Part shown: one piece after another, positions 9,753 through 19,197 of the stretch
How positions within the stretch are numbered: position 1 is the first letter of the stretch
Layout of the letters: each line of letters begins with the position of its first letter
Assembly (NCBI GenBank): GCA_965208835.1
Contig: OZ242358.1
Coordinates: forward strand, 2,464,001-2,528,000
Length of the DNA stretch: 64,000 bases
From: Candidatus Latescibacterota bacterium
GTDB taxonomy: Bacteria > Latescibacterota > UBA2968 > GCA-2709665
Reading direction: 5' to 3'
Made by a program: the position numbers and the translations under genes
The notes under the pieces: generated by a model
The model's database searches: none
The model's input: the letters and a program-made list of their open reading frames with translations, nothing else
Told to the model about the DNA's origin: nothing

Positions 9753-10724
9753 TCAGGGAGCCGCGGGAAGCATATCGGAAACGAAGAGCCCGGAAACGTC
9801 GATTTTTCGGTCGATCAGCCCCAGATCGAACAGAATATCCTGGGTGTGCGACCACCGTTCCGCGGTTTGTGCGCCCAGCCCCATGCGTTCCACGTCCGGG
9901 CTCATCAGGATTGGCATGAGCTTCTGGAAATTCGCGCGGTTGAATTCGGCGTCGCTCTCCGGACGCTCGGCCATATATGCCGCCACCGCGTCTTCCGGGT
10001 TGTCCACGGCGTAGCGCCAGCCCTTCATACTGGCGTGTACGAATTTTCGCACGACGTCCGGGTTCTTCTTCAGATAGTCGGAATTGACAATGATATTTGT
10101 GCTGTAGAGGTCGATGCCGTATTGGGCAAATGAGATACGGGTTACCGCTCGACCGCGGAGCTCAACGGTGACGGGCTGGTCTTCGGTATAGCCCAGCATG
10201 GCGTCGACCTTGCCGGCAAGGAGGGGTGCGGGACTGGATTCCGTCATTCCCATCACCTGCACGCGTTCTTCTTCGATACCCACCTTTTTGAGAAAAGCCT
10301 GAAATTCCCGGTGCTTGGTGCCCCCGATATTGACGCCGACCCGTTTGCCAATCAGATCCTCCGGCTTTCGGATGTCATTCTCTTCCAACGCATAAACCAC
10401 CACCGGCGAATGCTGGTTGATCACAGCGAGGGAGACCACGGGGATGTCCCTCGTACGGGCGATCAGGGTGGCCGATCCGCTGGAAACCCCGATATGATAC
10501 TTTCCGCTGCCCACGAGACGCGCCGTGGTAGGCGCACCGGTACCTTCGAGAATCTCAACGGATATCCCCTCGGCTTCGTAGAATCCCTTCGCCTTCGCCG
10601 CGAAGAAACCGGCGTGTTCCATCTGCGCTTTCCAGTCCAGAAGCAGCTGGACCCGTTGTAGATTCTCGGGTGATTCGCCGCAGGCAGCCAGTATTGCAAT
10701 GAAGAGCCAGACCAGACGTTTCAT
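9753..10724 (-). CDS. ABC substrate-binding lipoprotein, NMT1/THI5-like
   Basis: Lipobox LAAC, LLLDWKAQMEHAGFFAAKAKGFY, PEDLIGKRVG motifs. Confidence 0.9.
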   Translation of the reverse strand: MKRLVWLFIAILAACGESPENLQRVQLLLDWKAQMEHAGFFAAKAKGFYEAEGISVEILEGTGAPTTARLVGSGKYHIGVSSGSATLIARTRDIPVVSLAVINQHSPVVVYALEENDIRKPEDLIGKRVGVNIGGTKHREFQAFLKKVGIEEERVQVMGMTESSPAPLLAGKVDAMLGYTEDQPVTVELRGRAVTRISFAQYGIDLYSTNIIVNSDYLKKNPDVVRKFVHASMKGWRYAVDNPEDAVAAYMAERPESDAEFNRANFQKLMPILMSPDVERMGLGAQTAERWSHTQDILFDLGLIDRKIDVSGLFVSDMLPAAP

Positions 10725-10811
10725 AGGATTCCCCCACTGAACGGTTCCGGATTGATGTTTAACCTCAGTTCGAAAATGAATACAGTCAAAATGGCCATGA
10801 AGAGTCTGAAT

Positions 10812-10942
10812 GCGGGTAGAGGGTAGAGGGAAGACGGTAGATGAAACCCTTGCCCGATACTTTATTCCTTCTTGCCTCCGGCAGGAGAAGAGACTCCACA
10901 AGGCAGGATATCTCTCACGTCTACCGTCTCCCTTCTACCCGC
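10812..10942. repeat. Long imperfect inverted repeat built from GGTAGA(G) heptamer units
   Basis: GCGGGTAGAGGGTAGAGGGAAGACGGTAGA pairs with TCTACCGTCTCCCTTCTACCCGC. Confidence 0.65.
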
Positions 10943-10949
10943 TTCCGAT

Positions 10950-11041
10950 TGGTGTATCCTGGTAATCCGCAGTCTAATCGCCTTTATCAACTTGCATATA
11001 TTCGGTTTAACGTCCACGAAAAGCATACGAATCATGGTTAA
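10950..11041 (+). repeat. MITE-like repeat family A, copy 2
   Basis: TGGTGTATCCTGGTAATCCGCAGTCTAATCGCC...CGAATCATGGTTAA; overlaps the permease stop codon. Confidence 0.8.
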
Positions 11042-11829
11042 CGCCGGAGCGGTTCGTGGAAATCGCCCCAGCGTTTGAGCAGAAGTTTTTCCAGACCTTC
11101 CACGATCAGGAAGAGGAGCGTGCCCATCGCGCCAAGCACAATCAGTGCGGCGAACATGAGATCGGTAGCCAGTTCTGAGTTGGCCAGCCGCGTGAGATGC
11201 CCCAGACCGGCGCTGGCCCCCACGAATTCTCCGACAACCGCGCCGATCACACTCAGGGTTATACAGATTTTCAATGCGGCGAACAGGTAGGGAATGGCGT
11301 GCGGCAGGCGGACTTTGATCAGTATCTGGCGGCGACCAGCGGAGAGCGCCCGCATCAGATCCAGAATGAGCGGGTCCACGGCCAGGAGGCCGCGTGTGGT
11401 GTTGATAATGACAGGGAAAAAGGAAATGAGCGCCGCGATGATCACCTTGGGGAACAGGCCGAGGCCGAACCAGACGATAAACAGCGGTGCGAGCGCTTCT
11501 TTCGGAAAGGTCTGGGATGAAATGACGATGGGGTACAGCATGCGTTCGATTATTGGAGAGCGAGCCATGACAATCGCGCCTGCCACGCCGGTGCCAGCGC
11601 CGAGAAGAAAACCCCAGAGCGCTTCCTGCAGCGTCACCCACGCATGGGACAGGAGCGTGTAGCGCGCCGAAACCAGTTTGCCCAGGATTCGCGACGGCGC
11701 GGGCAGGATATAATCTGCGACGTCCCACGCATTGACCAGCAGTTCCCAGATCCCGAGCGTGACGAGAACGAATACGAGGGAGAGGCCGTACTCTCGGATG
11801 AGGACGCGAACGACGGAGACGGGGATCAC
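11038..11829 (-). CDS. ABC transporter permease (NitT/TauT, SsuC-like)
   Basis: ILPAPS, WFGLG, GAVVGEF, GLG motifs and multiple TM segments. Confidence 0.92.
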   Translation of the reverse strand: MIPVSVVRVLIREYGLSLVFVLVTLGIWELLVNAWDVADYILPAPSRILGKLVSARYTLLSHAWVTLQEALWGFLLGAGTGVAGAIVMARSPIIERMLYPIVISSQTFPKEALAPLFIVWFGLGLFPKVIIAALISFFPVIINTTRGLLAVDPLILDLMRALSAGRRQILIKVRLPHAIPYLFAALKICITLSVIGAVVGEFVGASAGLGHLTRLANSELATDLMFAALIVLGAMGTLLFLIVEGLEKLLLKRWGDFHEPLRR

Positions 11830-12203
11830 CGTTCAAACAGAATGATCTGGGCCTGAATCGACCCGGCCTGGTTCTGGTATTCGGGGTTTTCGTTCATTGC
11901 CATAAACAGCGGTCCTTCGTAAGGTGAGAACAGGTCGAAATAGACGCCTGCCGCCAGGGGCGGATTGTCCTGACCGACCCTGCAGATCAGGGCGCCGACG
12001 TTGGTGCCGGGCAGCAGGTACCCGTCACCGGCCAGGAAGCCTTCGATTCCATTTGCGCCGCACCAGTTGATGGTTGCGGGACGCATCTCCGGCGACCAGA
12101 TGCCTTCGGCGGAGATGACGAGCCGTTGGCCCTCCCGTATCCGCAGATACATCTCCTGCCAGATCGCATTTGGCCTGATCGTCTTGTTGATCGTCAGCGG
12201 CAT
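11826..12203 (-). CDS. LecA/PA-IL-like lectin domain protein
   Basis: ISAEGIW, GALICRVG and MNENPEYQNQAGSIQAQI resemble the PA-IL motifs IVAAGW, GALVMKIG and YNDVPGTYGNNSGSFSVNI. Confidence 0.6.
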   Translation of the reverse strand: MPLTINKTIRPNAIWQEMYLRIREGQRLVISAEGIWSPEMRPATINWCGANGIEGFLAGDGYLLPGTNVGALICRVGQDNPPLAAGVYFDLFSPYEGPLFMAMNENPEYQNQAGSIQAQIILFER

Positions 12204-12414
12204 GGGGGCTTCTTTCCTCTTCGCGGGTCTGACAAACCCACCCTGATGGCAGATCGTGTTCCAACCCGGAGACAGATTGCCGGACAGCAACCTGTTTTCG
12301 TGACGGGATACCAGAAGATAGGATCACTGATCGCGAATGTCAAGGCGGGTGGTCGCCCCGAGAGGGGCTGTCGTTCGCATTTGAGAGTTCGCCGGGACTT
12401 CGAAAGGGCGCAGA

Positions 12415-14169
12415 ATGGAATTTCATATGACCCTGGATTTCAGGGACGACTTCACCGCGGCGTCGGTCCCCTGGACCGCCGAACGGCTCCGGGAATATAT
12501 CCGCCTCGTTGCTGATCTGGGTATGCAGGGTATTCATTGGATTGAGATGGGGGACAAGGAGATGGGCAAATGGGATCGGGGTTCGTCCACCGATCTCACG
12601 GGCGGGGCCAGGGCATTTGTGGATTCCGTTCCCGATCCGCTGGCGTTTGTGTGTGAAGAGGCGCACAGCGTCGGATTGAAAGTATACGCGGTACACAAGA
12701 TCAACGATATGGCCAGCTTTGGCCCCGGACGTTTTTATCCATTGGGTACGGCGCCCGACGTGCTGCCCGGCATTCCACAGATCGGCGGCTCGGGCCAGAT
12801 GGCGTTCCGATGGCTGCGCGAGCATCCGGACCGGCGCGTGGAGATTCACCCGTCGTTACTGGAAGCGGAAGGCATTCGAAAACCCGTGCGGACCATTCGC
12901 CTCTGGCACGAAACCGATCGCCTGCAAGGGAATCCGGACATCGAGCTGTTCGTCAGTGAGACGAACGCACGATACACGCCCTACCGGGGCAGCAGCCGGG
13001 TTGACGTTTCCGTGCGGAGGAGAACCCCGCCGGTATTTGCGCCGGCGCCGGAGAGGCGTTTCGCAAAGGAAGGGGAATTCGCCTGTATCCAGATATCCGG
13101 CCTCGAGATATCCCAGCCGTACTTTGGTATCCGGTTTGCCGGTGCAGTCGGCCTTACGAACACACTGACCGCACTCGTGGAAGTCGAAGACGTCTCGGGA
13201 GCGCCCGTGGTCTTTACATGGGGATTCTTCCCCAGGTCCGATTATTCCACGTCTCTCGGTACGTTTGAGGAGGCCGGCATCGGATTTGACGCCAACTGGC
13301 TCATTCCGTTCGAAAACCATCCCGGGGGACACGACTGGCAGCACTCCGCGGGGAGATACCGGCTGAACGTGGACAAGGTGCCGTTTATAGGGATCGCCCG
13401 TGGAAGAAACCGGTTTCTTACGTCCTCGGTCGAACTCGCGTACCCGGACGTCAGGCGCTGGTTGCTCGACATCGTAGCGTATGAACTCGACGCCGGCTGT
13501 GACGGCGTGGACATCCGGGTCGAAAGTCATACGCAGAATATGGATTTCGAGAATTACGGGTTCGGGAAGCCGGTTGTGGAAGCGTTTCGCAATCGTTACG
13601 GCGTGGACATAACGCGCGAGTCGTTCGACAGGGGCGCCTGGAGGGAACTGCGCGGGGAATATTTCGATCTGTTTCTGAAGGACGCATCCGAACTGATCCG
13701 GTCTCGAGGAAAGGAAACATGGATCCACCTCACGGCATATCCAAACATGGACCGGGAGCCACGGCAGCCGAGCCTGTCTCAGATATACTGGAACTGGCGA
13801 AGATGGATGACGGAAGGCTGGGTGGACGTCGTGAATTTCAAGAGGTTTCAGGCGAGAAACCTCTCACCCGGGCATCAGCAGGTAATCGACCGTTTCTATC
13901 GAAAGGCGTTGAACTTCTGCAGTGAACTTGGACTGCGAACGGCCTACACGCCCAATCCGAGATTCGAGGGCATGCGCGAGGAGGATTTCGTCGACATGGA
14001 AATGCGGACGATCCGCCGTATCGCCGGAGACGGTTTCGAAGTCTACAATTTCTATGAAGGTTGCACCTATATTCGCCTGACCGAAAACGGCTTCAATGTC
14101 AACGCGAACCAATTGTGGCGAGAGGTCCGGGAATGGAACCGGAAGGCGGGCCTCCCGCCGCGTTCGTAA
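12415..14169 (+). CDS. Hypothetical glycoside-hydrolase-like TIM-barrel protein (DUF187/GHL10-like)
   Basis: EEAHSVGLKVYA, LAYPDVRRWLLD, DGVDI and NWRRWMTEGWVD motifs. Confidence 0.55.
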   Translation: MEFHMTLDFRDDFTAASVPWTAERLREYIRLVADLGMQGIHWIEMGDKEMGKWDRGSSTDLTGGARAFVDSVPDPLAFVCEEAHSVGLKVYAVHKINDMASFGPGRFYPLGTAPDVLPGIPQIGGSGQMAFRWLREHPDRRVEIHPSLLEAEGIRKPVRTIRLWHETDRLQGNPDIELFVSETNARYTPYRGSSRVDVSVRRRTPPVFAPAPERRFAKEGEFACIQISGLEISQPYFGIRFAGAVGLTNTLTALVEVEDVSGAPVVFTWGFFPRSDYSTSLGTFEEAGIGFDANWLIPFENHPGGHDWQHSAGRYRLNVDKVPFIGIARGRNRFLTSSVELAYPDVRRWLLDIVAYELDAGCDGVDIRVESHTQNMDFENYGFGKPVVEAFRNRYGVDITRESFDRGAWRELRGEYFDLFLKDASELIRSRGKETWIHLTAYPNMDREPRQPSLSQIYWNWRRWMTEGWVDVVNFKRFQARNLSPGHQQVIDRFYRKALNFCSELGLRTAYTPNPRFEGMREEDFVDMEMRTIRRIAGDGFEVYNFYEGCTYIRLTENGFNVNANQLWREVREWNRKAGLPPRS

Positions 14170-14223
14170 CTGCTCCTGGCCGATGGCGTTTGTCATCGCC
14201 CAGGAGCAGGGGAAGGTTGAGCC

Positions 14224-15771
14224 ATGCCGAAACAGGCAATCGACGTGGGATCCGGAAAGCAATTGTTCGTGGATTCGAAGTTCGTCGAATCCAGCGAGGG
14301 TGTCACATTTGTCATGAATCCGCCCTATCAGGCTGACGAACCGGTACTGATGCCCGACGAAACATGGGAACGGCGGCCCGGAGCAAGTTACGGGATCTAC
14401 AGCAGCATTCTCAAGGACGTGGACGGGAGGATTCGCGCCTGGTATCACGTTCGCATCGGCGACTACCGGTCCGGCCGGGACGAAGCCCACGTCGGGTACG
14501 CCGAGTCCGCAGACGGCATCCACTTCACCAAGCCGGTCCTGAATCTGTTCGAATCCGGCGGAACAACGCGGAATAATATCGTCATCCCGGGCAAAATCGG
14601 GGGAAGTTCCGTCTGGATCGATCCTCACGCGGAACCTGAATCCCGTTACAGGAACCAGGCGAAGGTATATTCGCCGCCCGAGGTATGGGGCCACCTGCAC
14701 ATGCACGGATCGCCTGACGGGATTCACTGGAAACTCGCGAGCGACATCCGGCTGAGCCGCGGCGGGTGGGATACGCAATCCATCGTCTTCTGGGACCCGC
14801 CGGTGGGGCGCTACGCGATGTACACCCGGCACTGGTTTGCGCAGCGGCACGGCACCGCCCCGGGCAATCTCAACTACCGCACGGTTCGCAGGCTGGAGTC
14901 CGATGATTTGCGTGAGTGGGGCAATCAGCGAATCGTCATGCGGCCCGACGACGCGGACATGGACACCTATGAAACGCCTTCTCCCCTTTGCCCCGAAGGA
15001 CCGGAAAAACCTTACGGACGGGTACCGGTGGACTATTACGGCGCGTTGGTATTCAAATATCCGGACCCCGACGGTGTGTATATCATGCTGGCCAACGCAA
15101 ACTGGTACTGGTACGACCGCGAGCCGATTGTCACCGTCGTGCGGGACGATATGGGGGTCCCGCGGGAAGAAACCCAGAGAATCTACGGCCCCAGTCGTTT
15201 CGACGCCCGGCTGTCCGTCAGCCGGGACGGCATCGACTTTCAGCGATGCGGCGGCCGCCGGGCCTTCCTGAAGCCCGGCAGTGAGGGCAGCTTCTCTTCC
15301 AGAATGGTGTGGGCGATGCCGCATCCCGTACCGATGGGGGACGAGTTGTGGCTCTATTACAGTGGGAACAACAGGGATCACGACGGCATTGTCGATCCCG
15401 CCGCGGGGAGGCATCTCAGCGGAATCGGCCGGGCCGTTATGCGCCTGGACGGGTTCGTATCGGTGGATGCCGGCTACGGCGGCGGCGAGCTTGTCACTCC
15501 GCCGATTCGGTTTGAGGGGACGCAGCTGGAGTTGAATCTGGATACCGGCGGGGGAGGTTCCGTCCGGGTGGAGTTGCAGGATGATCTCGGCCGGCCGATC
15601 GGGAATTTCGCCGAAACGGACGCGTCCTATCTCTGCGGAAATTCTGTGCGGATGCCCGTGCGATGGCGCGGTGGAACGAACGTCGGCGAATTGTCAGGAA
15701 GGTCGATCAGGATACGTTTCGTCATGCGAGACTGCAAGCTGTATGCGTTTCAGTTCACGGCGCCCGTGTGA
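14224..15771 (+). CDS. Putative glycosyl hydrolase, beta-propeller (GH32/43-like)
   Basis: YAESADGIHFTKP, SPDGIHW and SRDGIDF Asp-box-like repeats, DELWLYYSG, MRLDGFVS. Confidence 0.65.
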   Translation: MPKQAIDVGSGKQLFVDSKFVESSEGVTFVMNPPYQADEPVLMPDETWERRPGASYGIYSSILKDVDGRIRAWYHVRIGDYRSGRDEAHVGYAESADGIHFTKPVLNLFESGGTTRNNIVIPGKIGGSSVWIDPHAEPESRYRNQAKVYSPPEVWGHLHMHGSPDGIHWKLASDIRLSRGGWDTQSIVFWDPPVGRYAMYTRHWFAQRHGTAPGNLNYRTVRRLESDDLREWGNQRIVMRPDDADMDTYETPSPLCPEGPEKPYGRVPVDYYGALVFKYPDPDGVYIMLANANWYWYDREPIVTVVRDDMGVPREETQRIYGPSRFDARLSVSRDGIDFQRCGGRRAFLKPGSEGSFSSRMVWAMPHPVPMGDELWLYYSGNNRDHDGIVDPAAGRHLSGIGRAVMRLDGFVSVDAGYGGGELVTPPIRFEGTQLELNLDTGGGGSVRVELQDDLGRPIGNFAETDASYLCGNSVRMPVRWRGGTNVGELSGRSIRIRFVMRDCKLYAFQFTAPV

Positions 15772-15797
15772 ACGCCGGATAACCCCGGGAGGATGAA

Positions 15798-16256
15798 ATG
15801 GCCGGTTACAACGTCGAGATCAGGACGGTCGGACCCGTCCTGGTGGCCTCCAGGCGCGAATCCATTCCGGACTTCGGCGCCATCGGTTCGTCCATGAACC
15901 GCATGTACAATGAGGTCGTCTCTTATATCGGGGAACAGAACGGGAACATCGTCGGGCCGGGAATCACAATCTGGCACGATTCCCTGGACGCGGAGGCGGC
16001 ACTGCCGGTTGACAAACCCCTGCCGGGTGGAGACGGCGTCGGGATACGGGAGTTGCCGGGTGGCGAAATGGCGTGCCTGGTTCACCATGGCCCTTTCAAC
16101 GGGTTCCGCGGCGCGTACGAGGCCATACGAAATTGGATCCGGGAAAACGGTTATCGGATTTCCGGACCCGGCCGGGAAGTCTACCTGAAGTTCGCGCCCG
16201 ATGGAAATCCGGAGGACTTTGTGACCGAAATCCGGTTTCCGGTTGCGAAAACCTAG
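15798..16256 (+). CDS. GyrI-like small-molecule-binding domain protein
   Basis: HHGPF..AYEAIxxWIxENGY...REVYL...TEIRFPV. Confidence 0.85.
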   Translation: MAGYNVEIRTVGPVLVASRRESIPDFGAIGSSMNRMYNEVVSYIGEQNGNIVGPGITIWHDSLDAEAALPVDKPLPGGDGVGIRELPGGEMACLVHHGPFNGFRGAYEAIRNWIRENGYRISGPGREVYLKFAPDGNPEDFVTEIRFPVAKT

Positions 16257-16289
16257 TGCCCTGTCCCCATCAATCTTTCCGTTGCTTCG

Positions 16290-17120
16290 TTATTCGGACA
16301 TCCCGGCGTGTTTTTCGAGGAGTGCCTTGCTCTTCAGCACGCCCTCGTGGTCGTCGGTCCTGCCCTCGTATTCAATGCCGTAGGGGTTGTCATAGCCCGC
16401 TTCCTTCAGGATCCCGATGGCGGCGGCGCAGTCGATTTCCCGCGACTCACCGTCCGCGGAGAAGCTGAGGAATTTCGCGTGGGTCGCCCAGGCGTACGGG
16501 GCGACCCTCTTCAGGTTTTCCAGCTTGTCGTCGTCCGGCGGCCAGTTGAGGAAATCGGCGAGGACGCGGCAGTAGTCGCTTCCGACGGCTTCCATGACCC
16601 GCAGGATGTTGTCCGCCGATACCGATACGCCCCCGTGATTCTCCATCAGCAGCCGGATACCCGCCTGGGCGCAAAGTTCCGTGAGTTCGCCAAAGCTCTC
16701 GATACACTGTCCTATATGGGTTTCGGTGACCGGTTCGCCCCCGCCGGGGCCGCTGTTGGCCCGAAACGCGTTGCAGTCCAGCGCCAGGCAGGCATCGATC
16801 CATTTCTTGTGGTTGTCAACGGCCAGTTTTCGGTCCGTTTCGTCTGCCGACGCAAGGTCTCCATGGCCGTCTACCGCGACATTCAGGAACCGAACGCCCG
16901 AATCCCGTGCGCGTTGACGCAGTTCGACGAGAAACCCGGCGGCCAGTTGACTCGCAGCGGGGTTGCCCGGGTCGGCGTAGTCGAAGAATGGGCTGTTGAG
17001 TTCCAGCAGACGAATGTCGAATTCTTCAACGGCAAGAGCGGGAAAGTCGAGGAGACGCAAGGGGTTCTCGGAATCCCTGAACCGCCGGTGAATACTCCAG
17101 CCCGCGAGTGAAATCTCCAT
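16290..17120 (-). CDS. Sugar phosphate isomerase/epimerase (xylose isomerase-like TIM barrel)
   Basis: LMENHGG, DFLN, HAK and IEYEG metal-binding motifs. Confidence 0.85.
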   Translation of the reverse strand: MEISLAGWSIHRRFRDSENPLRLLDFPALAVEEFDIRLLELNSPFFDYADPGNPAASQLAAGFLVELRQRARDSGVRFLNVAVDGHGDLASADETDRKLAVDNHKKWIDACLALDCNAFRANSGPGGGEPVTETHIGQCIESFGELTELCAQAGIRLLMENHGGVSVSADNILRVMEAVGSDYCRVLADFLNWPPDDDKLENLKRVAPYAWATHAKFLSFSADGESREIDCAAAIGILKEAGYDNPYGIEYEGRTDDHEGVLKSKALLEKHAGMSE

Positions 17121-17346
17121 GGGGTTGCCTCCGTCGTTGAATCGGGTTTGCACTTGCTTTTGCAGTGGCACGGGAATATAATAACCCGCCGTATGCTTTG
17201 CCAGCGCTTCCGGCTCGTTCGTGACGAGGCCCAGCACCGGGATGGGTAGCGCCATTAGTCGGATTCCGAAGAATTGCCGGATGCCTCGTCAGAGCGGTCT
17301 TCCTCATCCTCGTCGTTCGTCGCCCCCGCTATTGAAAGGACGTCCA

Positions 17347-18915
17347 TTGAAAGGCATGGTTACCGCGCCACAGCCGCTGGCGGTGGATGCCGGGGTCAGG
17401 GTTCTGGCCGATGGCGGGAACGCCGTCGACGCGGCCGTGGCGGCGGCATTCGTCCAGATGGTGACAACGCCGCGCAGCTGTGGCGTCGGCGGCTTCGGGA
17501 TGATGTACATCCATACGCCTGAAACGGATACGATTCTGGATTTCCACGGCAAGGCGGGAGCACGGGTCCGACCTGAAATGTGGGAGCATGAAATCGTCCG
17601 GGAGAACACCACGGGATACGGATACACGCTTCAAGGGCAGGTCAACGAAGTCGGATACCGCTCGGTAACGACACCCGGTACGGTCGCGGGTCTCCACAAG
17701 GCCCAGACGGACTTCGGGACAATGCCGTGGCGGGAGGTGCTCCAGCCGGGCATCGCGGTCGCAACCCGCGGATACGAGGTGACCCGTGCGGCGGCGGCCG
17801 CCTGGAAGCGGATACCCGCTCCTGAAACCACTCCGTGGATAACGGTAGCTGCGCCGCCCCACGAGGGCGGGGGCGAGCTGATCGCCAACCCGGATATGGC
17901 CAGGACGTTTTCGGTGCTGGCCGAGGGCGGCGCCGAGGTATTCTATCGCGGGGATATTGCGGGGACGATAGCCGAAGATATGGAGCGGGGCGGGGGGTTT
18001 GTTACGCTGGAAGACCTGAACAGGTACGAGGTGACGGTAACCTCGCCGCTGGTCTCACAGTACAGGGAATTTGCGGTCGCATCCAACCAGCCTCCCGGCG
18101 GGGGATTGACGATTCTGCAGATGCTCAGGATCCTTGAGGGATACAACCTTTCGGATATGGCCCACCATTCGGCGGAATACGTGTATACCGTGTCGATGGC
18201 AATGAAGGCTGCATGGGCAGACCGGGCGAGTCTGATCGGAGACCCCGCATTTGTGGACGTGCCGGTGGAGGACCTCTTGTGCGATGAACGCGCAGCGTCC
18301 TGGCGCCGGCGCATCGATGCCAGGGACGAGATCACGATCCCGCGATGGCACCCCCAGGAGCCGCCCTGTACCACGCATATCTCCGTTGTGGACCCATGGC
18401 GCAACGTGGTGGGGCTCACCCACTCGCTGGGATCGGGATCGGATGTGATCACGCCTGGATTGGGTTTCATGTACAATAACTGCATGAACTGCTTCAATCC
18501 CGTGCCCGGGCAGGCGAATTCGATCGAACCGGGCAAGTCGAGAACGACGGGTATGGCGCCGACGCTGGTGAAAGCGGGTGACCAGCCCTTCTTCACCGTG
18601 GGTGCGCCCGGGGGTACGCGGATTGTAACAGGGATTCTGCACGCCATTCTGAACGTGATCGACCACGGAATGTCGGCCACCGAGGCGGTCGCCGCCCCCA
18701 GGTTCGATTGTCAGAGCGACGTGATCGTCGCCCACTCCAGAATCGCGCCTTCCGTCTGCGAGGGCGTCAGGGCGATGGGCCACGAAGTCCAGTCGCTGCT
18801 GGACGGCTACGGCGGGATTGCGTCGGTTCACGGCATCATTCTCGATCCGGATACGGGAACCCTCGACGGGGGAGCCGATCCGGGTTCCCCCGGAATGGCG
18901 ATGGCCGTAATCTGA
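17347..18915 (+). CDS. ggt: Gamma-glutamyltransferase family protein
   Basis: GGNAVDAAVA, TPGTVAG, catalytic TTHISVVD, GAPGG, GGADP. Confidence 0.9.
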   Translation: MKGMVTAPQPLAVDAGVRVLADGGNAVDAAVAAAFVQMVTTPRSCGVGGFGMMYIHTPETDTILDFHGKAGARVRPEMWEHEIVRENTTGYGYTLQGQVNEVGYRSVTTPGTVAGLHKAQTDFGTMPWREVLQPGIAVATRGYEVTRAAAAAWKRIPAPETTPWITVAAPPHEGGGELIANPDMARTFSVLAEGGAEVFYRGDIAGTIAEDMERGGGFVTLEDLNRYEVTVTSPLVSQYREFAVASNQPPGGGLTILQMLRILEGYNLSDMAHHSAEYVYTVSMAMKAAWADRASLIGDPAFVDVPVEDLLCDERAASWRRRIDARDEITIPRWHPQEPPCTTHISVVDPWRNVVGLTHSLGSGSDVITPGLGFMYNNCMNCFNPVPGQANSIEPGKSRTTGMAPTLVKAGDQPFFTVGAPGGTRIVTGILHAILNVIDHGMSATEAVAAPRFDCQSDVIVAHSRIAPSVCEGVRAMGHEVQSLLDGYGGIASVHGIILDPDTGTLDGGADPGSPGMAMAVI

Positions 18916-19038
18916 GGATTCGAAGGGACGGGTGTTGGCAGAATACCGACAATACCGGGCTCACTCACAGTCCGGTATAGGCAACCTCTGCATTTGCTCC
19001 CCATCTCCCGCGTCTCGTTCGCGTCCGATTACCTTGAA

Positions 19039-19125
19039 TAACCTTGAAATCGCGACGTCGAATCGCCAGTACTCATTTGCATCAATTCGATTCAACATGT
19101 CCGAAAGTTGACGAGTCAAGGTTAA
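19039..19125 (+). repeat. MITE-like repeat family A, diverged copy
   Basis: Perfect 9-bp TIR TAACCTTGA...TCAAGGTTA with internal similarity (AATCGCC...TTCGA...CGAAA...CGA) to the other copies. Confidence 0.55.
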
Positions 19126-19197
19126 CCGTCCTCAATCACGCAGGTCAACCTGAAGTCTTCCGGCAAAACAACAGCCAAAACCCGGAAAGGAAAAAAG

